Origin: Salpingoeca rosetta
Lineage: Eukaryota; Protista; Choanoflagellata
NCBI GenBank assembly: GCA_033442325.1
Contig: JAWQFM010000017.1
Coordinates: 313,271-377,270 of the forward strand
DNA length: 64,000 nucleotides
Direction of reading: 5' to 3'
Positions 15,001-35,408 of the stretch are shown piece after piece. Numbering within the stretch: position 1 is the first letter of the stretch; every line of letters begins with the position of its first letter. The translations under genes were made by a program, and so were the position numbers. Below the pieces are notes generated by a model, which saw nothing but the letters and a program-made list of their open reading frames with translations, was not told the DNA's origin and did not search any database.

Positions 15001-18000
15001 TCCGCTTCCGTCTGCGTGCCAACCACGCTCTTGCTGCCGTCTCGCTGTTGATACTGGACATCATAATCATGCTGGTGTGAAGCATGCCCATGATGGTGGC
15101 GGTGGTGGTGATGGTGGTGGTGATGCTCTCCACTTGCTGCTGCTGCTGCTGTTGCCGTTGTGGATGGTATTGCCGCAATTGTTGGTGCTGTTGGTGTGGT
15201 TGCTGCGAGTGCTGATGTTGGTGTGGATATTGTTGTGTTGGCATGATGGTGGCTGTTGTAAGTGTGGGGTTGGTGATGGTCATAAACAACCCCAGTCGAA
15301 GCAAGCGAGGGTCCGTAATTGCTTTGGCTGTGATGCCGCTCCTTGGTCTCTTCCACCGTCGGCACTTGCTGCTGCCGTTGGCTCAGTTGCTTCGTGTCGC
15401 CGATGCCGCTGCTTCCACTACTGGAGCAGCTGCTGGCCGTGGTGCTTGCGAACACGTGCGATTGGTGTTGCCCAGCCACACCGGCGTCGATGTCCTCATC
15501 ATCGGTGCTGCTGACATCAACGATGGTGCCCCGACCAGCGCTACCGTGGCTGACGGCCTTCGTGGCGTGCATGGTTGCCAGCCGCGTTGTAGGTGCGTGT
15601 GCAAATTCAGGCTCCTCTGCCACGTCCCACATTTTCCGCATGTTCACACTTCTTTCCACAAATACGTCCGTCTCCTCCTCCTCTTCCACCTCTACCTCCA
15701 CCTCGCCGCGCTGCCCGCGCAACAATGTGTCATCAATCTCCGTCAACGAGAAATCGCCCTCGCTGTCCAGTGACCCCTGCCGCCAGAACCGTCGACCACC
15801 ACCACCACCACCACCACCACCACCGCCGCCGCCGATGCTGCCACGGCTTCTGGGTCGCTGCCGCTGCTGCCTGAACGACGCATTGAAGGTGTGCTCTGAG
15901 CGACGGCGGTGGCGTGCTGCCTCTGCACGTGTGGATCCGTGTGCAGACGATGGCCGCGATGACGGTGCGGGCGGTGGTCGCGGGCGGGACGACGAGCCAC
16001 GCCGCTCGCCGTCGTAGTGGGACTCTTCCCCGAAATCGTCACTCACCACGCTTTGGCGACCCATGCTGTGTGCACGTGCTGACGCGCCCGTGCTGCTGCT
16101 CCTCCAACCAACACCACAAACGCCAGCGCCGCCACCCGTGCCTGCGTCACTCTCCCGCCTGTGCCGCTGCCATGCATGCTGGCGTCCAAATCGGCGCAGC
16201 GTTCGTGTGTCGGCAACAGATGCGCGGCGGAGCGGCGCGAGGTGCTCGTGCCCATCGCTGCGCCAGACAGAGGCGCCGCCTGTTGCACGTGCACGGGTAC
16301 ATGATGTCAACGAGCAAATTGGGGGGGGGGGACGGGGAGTGTGTTGGCATGTATTTTCGTGGTCGCATGTTCGCTTCGTGTCGCTTGTGCATGTGTGCAT
16401 GACGTGTGTACATGGCCACGAATATGTGATGGATCACTTGGTACTCACGCGAGAAGACGGGAAACACGAGCTTGGACTGTGTCCTCTCGATGGAGTTCAT
16501 GCTACAGAGGAGTGGACAGAGGTGGACATGTGCTGGTTAGTAGCGAACAAACAGGCAAGCAGCAACTAGGCCAAGCATGTATGCATGCAAGCACGTTCCG
16601 TCTCACAGGAGTAGAAGTAACACACACACGCACAAACATACACACAAACATACACACGGTGTGACTGACTGGTAGTGTTGGATGAGGTCCTCAATCACGT
16701 CAAACTCGCGATCAGCGTAGATGTAAAACTACGGAGGCGAGAAGAGTGGACATTGGACCACAGGGCGGTACAGTACGGTGTGAGTGTTGTCGTCGTGGCC
16801 ACAGCCGTGCAGACTGTAAACGTGCTATTCATGGGTGTGTGTACCACTGGCATGCCATGACACACATGCACGTACTCGTACACGCACACGCAAACACACG
16901 TGCAAAGCACATGTGTGGAGTAAACAAATAACTCCGCTTCAGGCCTTCACACGTGCGCATTAACCAACCCTGTCCCTGTCAGCGACGTGGTACACTTTGA
17001 AGTGTTGCACGGTCTCGTGCCACTTGACCCCAAGACGATATCCGCTCGGATGCAACTCCTCATAGTCCACCCCTGTGCGCAACAGAAACGTGCCTGTGTG
17101 GGCAAACAGCGACAAGCGTTGTGAGGTGCAAAGTGGCCGTGCTTGTGGCACGGGGCTTGAACGATGGACTGGTTTCATGTAACTGTACCACTGCACCACT
17201 GTACCACTGCATCACGGGCATAGAGACCAGCGAGAGGAAACAAACATGCTTGTAGTTGTGGGTTGACATCTCCGCATGCACATGCCCCAACCCTGACACA
17301 CGCACGTAGTGTTTGTAACGCACCCGTTGGACAAGACTGCAACAGTGCCGTTGACTCCTCCTTGTCGGATACGCCCACGTAATAGTCTTGCCATAACACA
17401 CGGTCGATGTTCCAGTACACATCTTCATGGCAGCGGCATCATGAACAGGCAGTGAGGGCAGCGAGCCAATGGGAAAGGAAGTGGCCTCGACACTTTTGCA
17501 CGAGACATTGTGGTGCATGCTTGTGTGCCATGTGTGTGTACGTGTGTCATGTGTGTCATGTGTGTGTGTGTGTAACGTGTATGTGTGTGTAATGTGTGTG
17601 TGCGTGTCGTGTGTAATGTGTGTGTGTATATGTGCGCAACGTATGCACATAATGTGTATGTGCGCGCAACGTGTGCACAAAATATGTGTGCTGCAATAAC
17701 TGGCGCAAAGGGTTGTTCAGCCTCACCATTGCGTGATGCCAGCGACAGGCTGTCGTCGTCTCTGCTCGGGTGCAGCAAAAGCCCGGGCGACGAGAATCGG
17801 CGTGGAAGGCTCCTGGAAACGACAAACATAACGTGTGGCACACACAGGGATTGTGAGTACATGGGTGCACACGTGTACTGATGTGCGCCGTGCGCATGCA
17901 ATTCGGAAGAGACATTTTCACAAACACACACACGAGCACACGCACACGCACACAAACACGCACACGCATGCGCACATACATACAAACACGCACGCACACA

Positions 18001-20244
18001 TACATACAAACACGCACGCACACACATGCACACATGAACACGAGGGAAACACGGCAATAGCGACAGTCAGAACAGAGCTCACGCACGCTTGCTGATGTCT
18101 GCGATGGTGGGGCAATTGGGGGTTGTGGTGTTGATGTAGGTGTACGTGCGGACGTGGGCGTGGCAGTACCCGGTCAAGACTGTTCATGGAGTTCTGTTAA
18201 AACAGGGAGCAAGCAGTGCAGCCAAGTCGACACGACAACAGCAAGAACCACAGCACTCGTCACTTGTCAGAAAAAACAGAAGCATCGAGCACTCCAAACA
18301 CGAGCATGCTTACGTGCACACACACGCGCGCGCACCATCATGCACACACATGCACACACATGCACACACACGTCTGATATGTTCACAGTCACATACACAC
18401 AACACGCCACGTTCATGCCCCCCCTGCCACCGGAACCAACCTGACGCAGGTTGTTAAAAATGATCTGTTGTCCCTCTGTCGATAGACTTGAGTCACGCCC
18501 GCTGCGCCCATCTTCACTCAAACTCCGTGCGCTTGCGTGCTGTGTGGTACCATCGGTTCGGTTGGCCTGTCGAAACACGCGGTCGTCTACAAGCCCCCCC
18601 CCCACACGCGCGCGCGCACACACACACACACACGCGTGCACAGGACGGCTGAGTAAGTATGCACACATACGCCACCAATACCAGCGACACTGTACACCTT
18701 TGGGACCACTGTTGCGCTTCCACACATAAACGCGTACGAAACGAACATATGCACACACATATGTCACCGCAGTGCCACGTCCAGCCACACACGAACACAC
18801 GAACACACGAACGCACGAACGCACGAGTGTGCAGAAGAAGAGAAGTCAAATACGCTTACAGTGGCGGTGGTCGACGAGCCCAAGTTTCACATGCTGCCCT
18901 CTCGCCGAGTCCAGCTGTGCCTGTATCATCTACATGTCCACAGCACAGCGCAACGAGAGCAATCACGCGCAGATACGCAACACGCACCCAATGTGCAGAC
19001 GACACGCGCACGTGAATGGAACCCCGAACACCACAAGAAGAAGCATGTGGGCATGTGTGTGCCACCCACAGCCACGTTACGCTTTGAATGCCATGCCTTC
19101 ACATTGCACATTCAAACAGCGCGTGCAGCACTGACCGCAACGGTGAAGGAGCGAACATCTTTTCCGGCCACGGTCGCCACAAGCTTTCCTTCGTAGTGAC
19201 GCAGGTGTGGGTGGCAGTTCTTCAAAAACACCCCTATCAACACATGTGTGACGATGTGTGTACATGTGGGTATGTGAGCATGTGTGTGCATGTGAGCGTG
19301 TGGGTGTTGGTATCAACCAGACTCATCGTGAGCCGCGTCGGAGTAACAAGTACCCTTCTGCAAAAGGACTTACAAGCAACTGTTTCGCAAATACGCACGT
19401 ACATTCGGAAACACCCACTACACGTGCTCCGGGTGCATGCCATTCACCACACACACACACGCACACACACACACACATACGCACACACACACACATACAC
19501 ATACACACACACTCGCCGCCTTCCGTACCAAAATCATCCGAGTTAACATCGCCGAATGCGTTGAGCTCAAACCCAAATGCTCCGTCGACACGGGTCATTG
19601 TCGCTTCCTCCACATACTGTGTGGATGTTAGCAAGTAGCAGCGTCATGTGAGCAGGTGAGATGTGGCATGGGTGCTTTCTGTCCCTTGCATTGTCGCCCA
19701 CCAATGACCAACCTACCAACGCTTCGGATTCACAGACGCATGTGCAAATGTACACGCACAACCTCACGCACATATAAGTCCCTCACATTCACTCACATGC
19801 ACACATAAGTCCCTCGCCTTCACTCACACATGCACAAACCAACACACACACACACAGACACATACACTGTCTCTCCCTCGACTGGACACACGTCTTTGTA
19901 GTCGGTGGCGTCATGGCTTGTCTGGCGCCGTCTGTGGCGTCCTCGCTGAAAGAAATCACGCACTCGAGACAGAAACGAACGTCTCCTCTGCCGCCTGCAT
20001 AAGGGCATGCAGAGATAGTCACGTATGTGTGCACATTAGCATGGACAAGCAAATAAGCAACCAAGCATGAGAATTGACACCTCCATGAGCACACACACAC
20101 ACACACGTGTCAATAGGTAAATGCACACACAAGCACACTCGTACATTCACGCTGCTCATTCATTTCACATTCACTATCACCACCATCACACACCACCACA
20201 CAAACCATCAGTTGTGCTTACCCTCGGTCTCCCCCGGCAGTCAT
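12057..20244 (-). CDS. PDZ-like + SH2 domain protein with a ~1400-aa low-complexity C-terminus in one giant exon
   Basis: The first exons join in phase: MTAGGDRG|RQRRRSFLSRVRDFF..DYKD|YVEEATMTRVDGAFGFEL. The rest of the PDZ-like region is ..VAGKDVRSFT..IQAQLDSARGQHVKLGL. SH2 is YYVGVSDKEESTALLQSCPTG|TFLLR..YRLGVKWHETVQHFKV|FYIYADREFDVIEDLIQHY. The last exon (~12057-16281) is S/H/A/G/R-rich. Confidence 0.75.
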
Positions 20245-21014
20245 AGTGAAAAGCTAGACCTAAAGCCCCTTAGTGCCGTGCCATGGGCATGCGAATCACC
20301 TGCTGCGCTGCAGGAAGGGTAAATGAAATTGACACAAACAAGGAAGAACCGCCACAAACGCTCTTGGTCGGTACAGGCATGCAGCGTGTGGCAACGGCAA
20401 CTACACCCTCACATATCTCCCATCTCAGATGAAAATGACAAAGGCAGGGGACGGCAACAAAGAAAGAAAAACAAAGAGAAACCTTCGCACACGCCAGATG
20501 TGACTGACGTATCTGGTGTGGAGACGGGTCGTACGGTTGGGACCATGCGAAATACAGCAACGATATCAAACGAGTTTCTCTGTTGGTGCGTTTAATCCAA
20601 GAAGGAGCCACAGCACGCGCAAGAACAAAGGACATCAGCAAAAACGCAACACACTTGAGCTATGTCATCATTTCATGTCACATTGTCATGTCACATCCCT
20701 GTGTCACATGGTCAAGTAACAAAGGCAAGCACGGCGCGTGTTGTTCATGATGCAGACTGTCATCAAGAGATGAAGGAACAACCACATGTGCGTCCCACTG
20801 CATGAGAAAGTGGCATGTGATACGTCACACTTCCACACACGAACAAAGAACAGCAAGCACACGTGCCAACACCTGACATGCGAACATAACGCAAACAAAC
20901 GGCAGACGCAGTGCGCCACCGCGTCACGTCATGTCATGTCATGTCATGTCACAGCACACTGGTTCCCGTGATGCACGGCGCGATCCACTGGACATGCCGC
21001 GGGTTGTTGCAGGG

Positions 21015-22614
21015 CTATGCGGATTGCAGGTCGGCAATGAGTTTCTTGAGGATGGTGCGATGTCCAATGGACGTCACCCCCAAGCCCTTGAGCGCTTCCG
21101 TGCTGTCGCACTGCAGCAACTTTGGCCCGTCAATGCCCTGGCATGGCGAGTGAATGGCGGTGAGTGCACGCAGTAGAGTAGGGAGAAGTGATGTGAGCAA
21201 TGCAATGAGTGAAACCACGACAGCCCCGACAAAGAACGAGTGCGCGTGTGCGCATGAAAACAAAATGACAACAAAGAGCCACGTGGTGTCAGGCGAACAT
21301 GCACATGTATGCAACACTTTGATCATCTTGAATGCAGTGCACGAAATAGAGGGTTGCGACAACAACAGAACAAACACAGGGACAGTCACTAGAGAAAGAA
21401 CACAGGGACGGGAAAATCACCAATCAAGACAAAGAGGCAGCAGCGCAAGTGCAGCTAGCGCACACAGACACCGCCTGCCGCGCTCACACGCGAACGCACG
21501 AACAAAGACAAGCCGCCAACAAAGAACACATTTTTGTGCCATGGCCTCGCCACATTTCAGTGTTGTAGTCACATCACCGCCCGTACCTGTTCTCTGAATG
21601 AGTCGGCGTACTTTGCAAAGTCACCGTTCTGTGCCTTGCTCAACCACGCGCACACCTCCGCAACACGCCACATGTCCACGTCCTTGCTCGTATCAACGTC
21701 ACTATCGCCACCTGGACCGCTCGAGACTTGCTCTGGTATCGTCGCCGTTGTCGTTGCTGCTGCTGTGGGTTGCGTTGCCTTCTTCATGGACGGGGAGGTG
21801 GGGGAATCGGCCACTTTGTCGCTGCTACTGTCACTGAGGTCCACAGAGCTGAGCCGTCGACTCAGGCGTCGCAGGCTCTTCCCAATCGAAAACTTGACAC
21901 CACGCCGCTTCACCACACCTGGGTCATCTGTCTTTGCGCTGCTCGCACCACCCTCCTCGCTGCTGCCATTTGCTTCGCTGCCTGTCTCCGCCTCCTTCGC
22001 TCGACCGTGCGGCTGTGGCTTTGGTCGTGGCGGCGGCTTTGCTGGTGCCGATGCTGTTGCTGTTGCTGTTGCTGGCTTGGTGATGGGTCTTCCTGGTGGG
22101 GCTGGTGGCTTGGCCGACGATGAAGGCAGTGGCTTGACAGCTGGCGATGCAGGGAGCGTGCCACGCTTCATGCTCACCCCAACACCACCACCATCACCAC
22201 CACCATCATCATCACCATCACCACCGCCACGGCTAGCATCATGACCAGCACCGCCAGCAGCCTTCATCCTTGCCCTCGCTGTAGCTGTTGCCGTTGTTGC
22301 TGCGCGGGGCCGGGGCGCGGGCTTGGCGCCACCAGCCATCGTCGCCGTTCGTGCCCGCTGCGCGCGTGTTGGCAGTCGCCGCTTCACAAGAGCACGCGAG
22401 GCGGACATGGCGCGTGATCGCTGCGCCCGCACGTCAAGCGTGTCGCTGGCGCTGCTGGAGATGGTTTCAAACGCGTCAGACACGCTTTCTGCGTCGTCAC
22501 CATGCTCACCAGCAGCTGCTGGCAAGGGTTTGGCCACCATCTTGGCTGGCAGCGTGTGTGTGCGTGGGCGTGGCTTCGGGCGAGCGGCCGGCACAGGCTT
22601 TGCTGCGGTTGTCC

Positions 22615-22656
<42 letters not shown>

Positions 22657-25448
22657 TTGCTGCTGACGATGATGATGTTGATGTTGACGATGCTGACGAT
22701 GGCAGTGGTGGCTTTGGCTTTGGCTTGGGGCGGGGAGGGGGTGCGTGGAGGGTTGCAGCACGCTGCCTATTCCTCATGGCCTGCTCCTCTGCATCTGGCC
22801 GAGTTCGCGTCGCTGCTGCACTTGATGGATTCGACACAAACGACGGCGCCTTGGCCACCACTGGCGGTGCTGATGATGAGATCTGCTTTGATGATGGTGC
22901 TGCCGTTGCTGTAGTCAATGGCCTTGATGCAGTTGCTGCCGCTGCCGCTGCTGTTGTTGATGCAGGCGTTGGTTTCAATTCTGTTGATGATGCTGATGCT
23001 GCTGGCGGTGCCGCTGGTCTGGCCGGCGTCACCTTCCTGCTGTCAACCTCTCTCAGCTTGGCCTCCAGGGCGTGGCGCTCCCTCTGCTCCTCCTGCAGCG
23101 CCCGTCGTAAGCGATCAATCTCCACTCTGTCTCCATGCGCATCCGCACCTCCTCTCTCATTCCCGCCATCACCGAGGTGGGGTGTTTGCGTTGATGCTGG
23201 TGATGGTGGAACCCCAGCTGCTGTCTTCGTCTTTGTCTTCATCATCGCCGTGTCACTGCCGCCCTTGGTGCCGCTCGTCAGTAGTTGCAGTCGCTTCACC
23301 TCCTTGTCCCTTGTCGCCACCTGCTGTTTCAGTGCTGCAACCTCTCTCACCAGCGCGGCAACGCGTGCCTCCGCCTCCTGTGCGCGTGTCGTCATGGTGG
23401 CGAGTGACACACCCTTTTCCCTCAGTTGTTCTTCTGCGTCCCGCCGTTTGCTTTGCTCCTCCTCCACCAGTGCCTGCGCACGTGCCAGCTCCTGCTGTGT
23501 CGCCGTGAGGGCCTGCGCTTTCTCGTCCACTGCCCGCCCCGCGTTTGTCGCTGCTGTTTCCAACACCTTCACCTTGGCCCGAAGCGACTCAACCTCAGCA
23601 CGCAAAGTGGCAACGTCGCTGTGACCATCACCACTATCATCACGTGTTGCTGTTTTTGTTGTTGCAGTTGTTGCTGTTGTCGCTGTGCGCGTGGGGGCTG
23701 GTTTGGCGCCGCTGCGTTTGCGTGCAAGCACAACCAGAACACGCCCCTCACACGACTGCAGCAGGGTGACGGCACGCTCGTGTGTCGTTGCCAGCAGCTG
23801 CTCATCGCCGATGCTCACGAGAATGTCGCCAACACGCACGTTGCCGTTGTCGTACGCCGCACCGCCCTCCACCACACTCGACACAGTCATGGTCACAAAC
23901 ACGCCGCGCGACGCTGCTGACGTCAGCAAGTCGTGGTCGTCATCCGTGTCGTCATCAAGATGCGTCACTTGCAGCTGCTCGCCACGAAGACCAACGCCGA
24001 CACCCTGGTCATCCTGCAACACGAGCGTGGTCGTGATGATGTCGCAATCGCGCTCCAATTGACGGCGCACGTGTGCGGACAGCGCTTCCATCTGCACGTC
24101 ATCGCCAACGCGTGGAGGGTTGAATGCAAACTTTCCGCGCGTGTACTCCGACTGCGAGTATGTCTCCAGCACCTGCGTTGCTGCAATGTCAAAGCTTGGT
24201 CGCCGCGCCCGCCCTGTACGCAGATGAGGGAGGGAGAGAGGGAGTGTGTGGATGTGTGTGTGTGTGTGTGTGGATGTGTGTGCGTGGTTGTGAGTGTGTG
24301 TGGATGTGTTTGTGTGTGGACGTGTGCGTGTGTATGTGTGTGGACGCGCGCGTGTGTGGATGTGTGTGGATGTGCGTGGTTGTGAGTGTGTGGGTGTGTT
24401 TGTGTGTGGATGCGCGTGTGAGCGTGGGTCTGACAAACAATAGTGCATGTCACATGAATACGTTCTCACAGGCGAACACACACACATACGCACGCATAGA
24501 ATAGCGTGCATGTGCACTGCACCACCAACCAATGCACACTGCTGCGTACCGTGTTGCTTGCCGGGCGTGTCCTGTGCCTGCGATGTCCCAGCATCACCCG
24601 TGGTGGGATGTGCCTTGCTCACCCCGCGTGCCGGTGGCCTTGGTGGCGGCTCCGTTGTTGTGCCGTCATGGTGCTCGCGGTGCTCGTGATTGCCCGCAGG
24701 TGTGTGCGTGGCAGCGCGCATTTGGCTGGCAGAGGGGCGGTGTGGCTTTGGCGGTGCGGGCACAGGCCCGCGCTTCTTGGCGGGAAGCAGCTGCCGTGGT
24801 GCAGGTGTCTCGCTTGCTGCTGTTGCTGATGATTGTGTTGTTTTTGTTGTGGCTGACGATGACTTTGGTGGGTGGCGTGGTGCTGCGGGTCGAGGAGGAC
24901 GAGCCATGGCAGGATGCTGTTGTTGTTGCTGCTGTTGTGGATGCTCGAGGTGGGGGTGCGACGCGTGTGTGTGTTCATGTTCGTTCCCGCCGCCTGGGCC
25001 TGCGTGTCTCTGGTGCGGTTGTGGTGGTGTTGATGGCCGCCTTGGTGGCGTGCGCGGTGTTGGCTTTCCACCATCCCCAGCAGAGGTGGGACCCTCCTCA
25101 CCAAACCCTATGAACCAGACCAAACACCCAACAACAAAAAATTATGTGCAGAGTCAGGGCATGCAAGTGTGTGTGTGTGTGTGTGTGTATGTGTGTGTAT
25201 GTTGGGAGGGGGGCAAACGAACACGTCAAGCAAACGCACACGTCAAGCAACACAACATGCGCAAGACAACAGAGGGATATGACATCATGTTGTGTTGCGT
25301 GCGATGTGCCTACCCAACGCGCCAAGCAGACCCTTCGACTGCACTAGCTGCTCAAACTCATTCTCGTCTCTCTCCCGCAAGTTTTTCTGCCGTCAGCGTT
25401 TGTGTTGTTGTTGGGGGGATGGCGCGGGGGGCGAGGGAGTGCATGTGA

Positions 25449-25503
<55 letters not shown>

Positions 25504-26434
25504 TGTGTAGGAGGATGACTAGGATGAGGAGAAGCGTTGTGGTGTCACCTCTTCTGGCTGTGGTGGTGGGGATGGCTGTGTTGCTGTTGTTTTTTGTATC
25601 TTCGTCGTCGTTGTCTACGATTCTGACCATGGTTGCTGCACAGGTGCGGCTTATCTTGTGCGCTACTTGGTGGCTTATGCAGTTTATCGCATAGATGATG
25701 GCCTTTTTTTGTAATCTTGTATTTTGGTGCTTTTCTTCTTATTTGTTTTTGCATGTTGCTTATTCTTTTGACCTGTCGCATGAATCGAGTCAAGCGTTGG
25801 CCACAGCGACTTGTACTGTATGCATAAGGGATATTCTTTTTTTAGTTTAATTATCACCGATTGCATGGTTTTGTCGATGAGTAGACGTCTCATTGTTTTG
25901 TCTATATGTCTGCTACCTNNNNNNNNNNNNNNNNNNNNNNNNNNNNNNNNNNNNNNNNNNNNNNNNNNNNNNNNNNNNNNNNNNNNNNNNNNNNNNNNNN
26001 NNNNNNNNNNNNNNNNNNAAAAAACACCACGCACACATTACAACCGCCCGACACACAAGCACAGACACACAAATACAGACACACAAGCACAGGCAAACAG
26101 ACACATCTCCACAACCACAACCACAACCACAACCACAACCACAACCACAACCACAACCACAACCACAACCACAAGCACAACCACAACCACAACCACAACC
26201 ACAACCACAACCACAACCACAACCACAACCACAACCACAACGGCAACCACAACGGCAACCACAGCCAATCACACCTTGTGCTGCTGATGGCATCTGGTGC
26301 TTTTGGCGAAGAGCGTCCAGGCCATGGCGCGGCGGCGTGTTCTGGCGTGGGTGAACGGAGAGCGAGTCCGACCGGGCCGGCGGCAACGGCGCACTGTGCT
26401 GGTGGTGGTGGTGGTCGGGGTGATTGTCGCTCAT
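21015..26434 (-). CDS. Neurabin/spinophilin (PPP1R9)-like scaffold: PP1-region motif, PDZ, coiled coil, Pro-rich region, SAM; spans an assembly gap
   Basis: [24 protein letters not shown] resembles the neurabin KIxFS.API.VF.TYSNEDYDR segment. PDZ is [35 protein letters not shown] long heptad coiled coil follows. The SAM is split by an intron ([21 protein letters not shown]|[29 protein letters not shown]). The putative first exon MSDNHPD..SAAQ ends at a GT donor; the 5' structure is uncertain because of the gap. Confidence 0.72.
25919..26018. other. Assembly gap (100 N)
   Basis: Run of N, preceded by low-quality T-rich sequence. Confidence 0.98.
26109..26262 (+). repeat. (CCACAA)n hexamer tandem repeat, intronic
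   Basis: Directly visible array, degenerating at the 3' end. Confidence 0.9.
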
Positions 26435-26602
26435 GCTGCTTGTGGTATGTGTGCTTGTGGTGCTTGTGTGGTGGTCGGGAAGTAACGAACAGAACGAACA
26501 GCCAGCAGCCGTATCCGCCGTTGTTCAATTTTTCGACGCCGACACCACAAAGTGTAGAAAACAGGACAACCCAATACAGCGTGTTGTTGTTTTTGTGGGG
26601 AG

Positions 26603-30914
<4,312 letters not shown>

Positions 30915-31127
30915 GCTGAGACTCGTGCTGAAAAGAACATGGGGATGTAGGGGCGAGACAAGGGAGTACAACACAGACAGACACACACACACACACACAC
31001 ACCACAGATACACCACACACACCACACACCACACACACACACACATACATACATACACCACACACACACACACAACAGACCTTGCTGAATATTTGAGGGC
31101 ATCATTTGCCAAAATTCCACAACCACG

Positions 31128-31754
31128 ATGATGATGGCGTTGGCGAGGACGACAGGGGCGCTGCTGCTGCTGCGAGCAGTGTCTCGCAATGCCGCTGTTG
31201 GCGTGATGCGTGGTGTTAACACAACGTCTGCGGCGTTGTCGTCGTCGGTGGCATCACGGGTCAGCGTGCGTCAGGTGTGCGGGACAAGCAGCTGCCGGTT
31301 TGCTGGGTTGCCGGCCATGGCTAACATGGCCGCCTTCACCATGTCCAGGCAGTTTGCCAGCAACACGACCACCCTCCTCGGCAGGCACTTCACAACAGCA
31401 TCAGCAACAACCACTGCTGCGGCACGAGCGCCGCTGATGTCGCTGCTCATGCAAGCGCGCCAGCCTGCTGTGTCGTCGCCGTCCGCGCTTGTGCAGCAGG
31501 TGCGCGGCGTGAAGACAATGAAGCGGCAAATCAAGCGCCACTACAGACAGAAGACCAAGTACAAGATGAAGACAAAGAAGGCGGTTGCGTCGCGGTTCAA
31601 GCTGACCAAGAGCGGGCTCATCAAGTACTGGCGGCGCGGGCGTGTGCACAACTCTCAAGCCAAATCCAAGAAGACCCACAGACAACTTCGTAAGGCAAAG
31701 GTTCTCCGCAGCGGCACCATGTTCAAGAAGCTCAGGCGAGCCATGCAGTACTAG
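31128..31754 (+). CDS. MRPL35: Mitochondrial ribosomal protein bL35m with long targeting presequence; intronless CDS
   Basis: The C-terminus KMKTKKAVASRFKLTKSGLIKYWRRGRVHNSQAKSKKTHRQLRK is the L35 signature. The N-terminus is A/R/S/T-rich and lacks acidic residues. Confidence 0.9.
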   Translation: MMMALARTTGALLLLRAVSRNAAVGVMRGVNTTSAALSSSVASRVSVRQVCGTSSCRFAGLPAMANMAAFTMSRQFASNTTTLLGRHFTTASATTTAAARAPLMSLLMQARQPAVSSPSALVQQVRGVKTMKRQIKRHYRQKTKYKMKTKKAVASRFKLTKSGLIKYWRRGRVHNSQAKSKKTHRQLRKAKVLRSGTMFKKLRRAMQY

Positions 31755-32521
31755 CCAAGCAGGTGCGTTCGTGTTCTCGCGTGTGTGCGTATGTGCGTGT
31801 GAATGTTTGAGCGGAATGTGTGTGCTTGGTGTGTGTGTGTGTGTGCGTGTGTCAATGCTTGTGTATGTCTGTATGTGTGCGTGTGTGTGCATGAGAGTGT
31901 ATGCGTGTGTGATGCTTCGCGGTTACGTGCACTCTTGGACTGTGCGTAGAGTAGAACGACTTGTACACCATGCACTCCCCTTCCCATCTCACTGGAAAGT
32001 GAATCTTCGTTGCTTGGTGGCCTTTTGTGTGTACGCAAGCAGTCTCCAGGTTGTTCGAAGCTTCAAGGATGGGAGGGTGTGAGTGATGGGGGTGTAGCAG
32101 GAGAGACTGTGCAATGAACCGTGTGTGAATACCAGTCGGTTTGTGTGTGTGTGTGTGTGTGTGTTCGTGTGTATGTGTGTGTGTTTCGCTCTTGCATGTG
32201 CATGCATCATGGTTGTGAACAGCAAGAGTAAACGCACATGCCATGACACTTGCGTGAGTCAAATGATGTGCCTTTAAACAACAAGACTGCACGTGTGTGT
32301 GTGTGTGTTGGGAGGAAGGAACAAGCTTGCAGGCAAACGCAACAAAGAAGAAGAACAGGTGTCTGTTGATAACCACAAGGAAAGAAGCAAAGAGGGGACG
32401 TAATGAGGCAAGAAGAGTAAGGCCACTGGATGGTGAAGGAAAAGCGTGCAAAGCGGCACGAGGGCAGGCTGTGCTGGTTGGCGGTGGTCGGCATCTTCAC
32501 AAATCAACAGCATGGAATGCT

Positions 32522-35001
<2,480 letters not shown>

Positions 35002-35408
35002 GGTTGTTGTTCGTTGTGGTTTGTGGTGGTTGGTGTGCGCGGTTTGCGTCTTCTGGTGGTGACTGGTTTTTGTTTTTACCAACGCGCGCCGCGGAATGCC
35101 AAGTGGTAAAGTTGGAATTGCCCACAAAGACGGTTACAAGCCAAAAAGAGGAAGGAAGGACAGTTGCATTTTGCCACACACAGCTTGCTCGCTCGCTTGC
35201 TCGCTCACCCATCTCCTCATGCCCCTGGGCCGCTCAAGCCGCATTGATTGATTGTCAGCCAGCCATCCAGCTTGCTTGTCTCCGCTGCGCCAGCTACGCC
35301 GACTCTGTGTCCCCCCTGTGTTTCCCTCTTCTTCTCCCCCTTGTCTCCCCCATCTCCTTCTTCACGCACTAGCCCTCCCTCCTCTTCCAGCCTTCTTGCA
35401 ACACAACA

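Noticed and set aside
25292-25400. FYVE-like peptide [18 protein letters not shown] on the plus strand
   Set aside because: It is the antisense of a spliceable minus-strand exon ([26 protein letters not shown]) and lacks the remaining FYVE cysteines.
25560-25918. AT-rich segment that might be foreign DNA (also 48496-48680)
   Set aside because: Directly adjacent to N gaps, with the homopolymer-rich look of degraded read ends.
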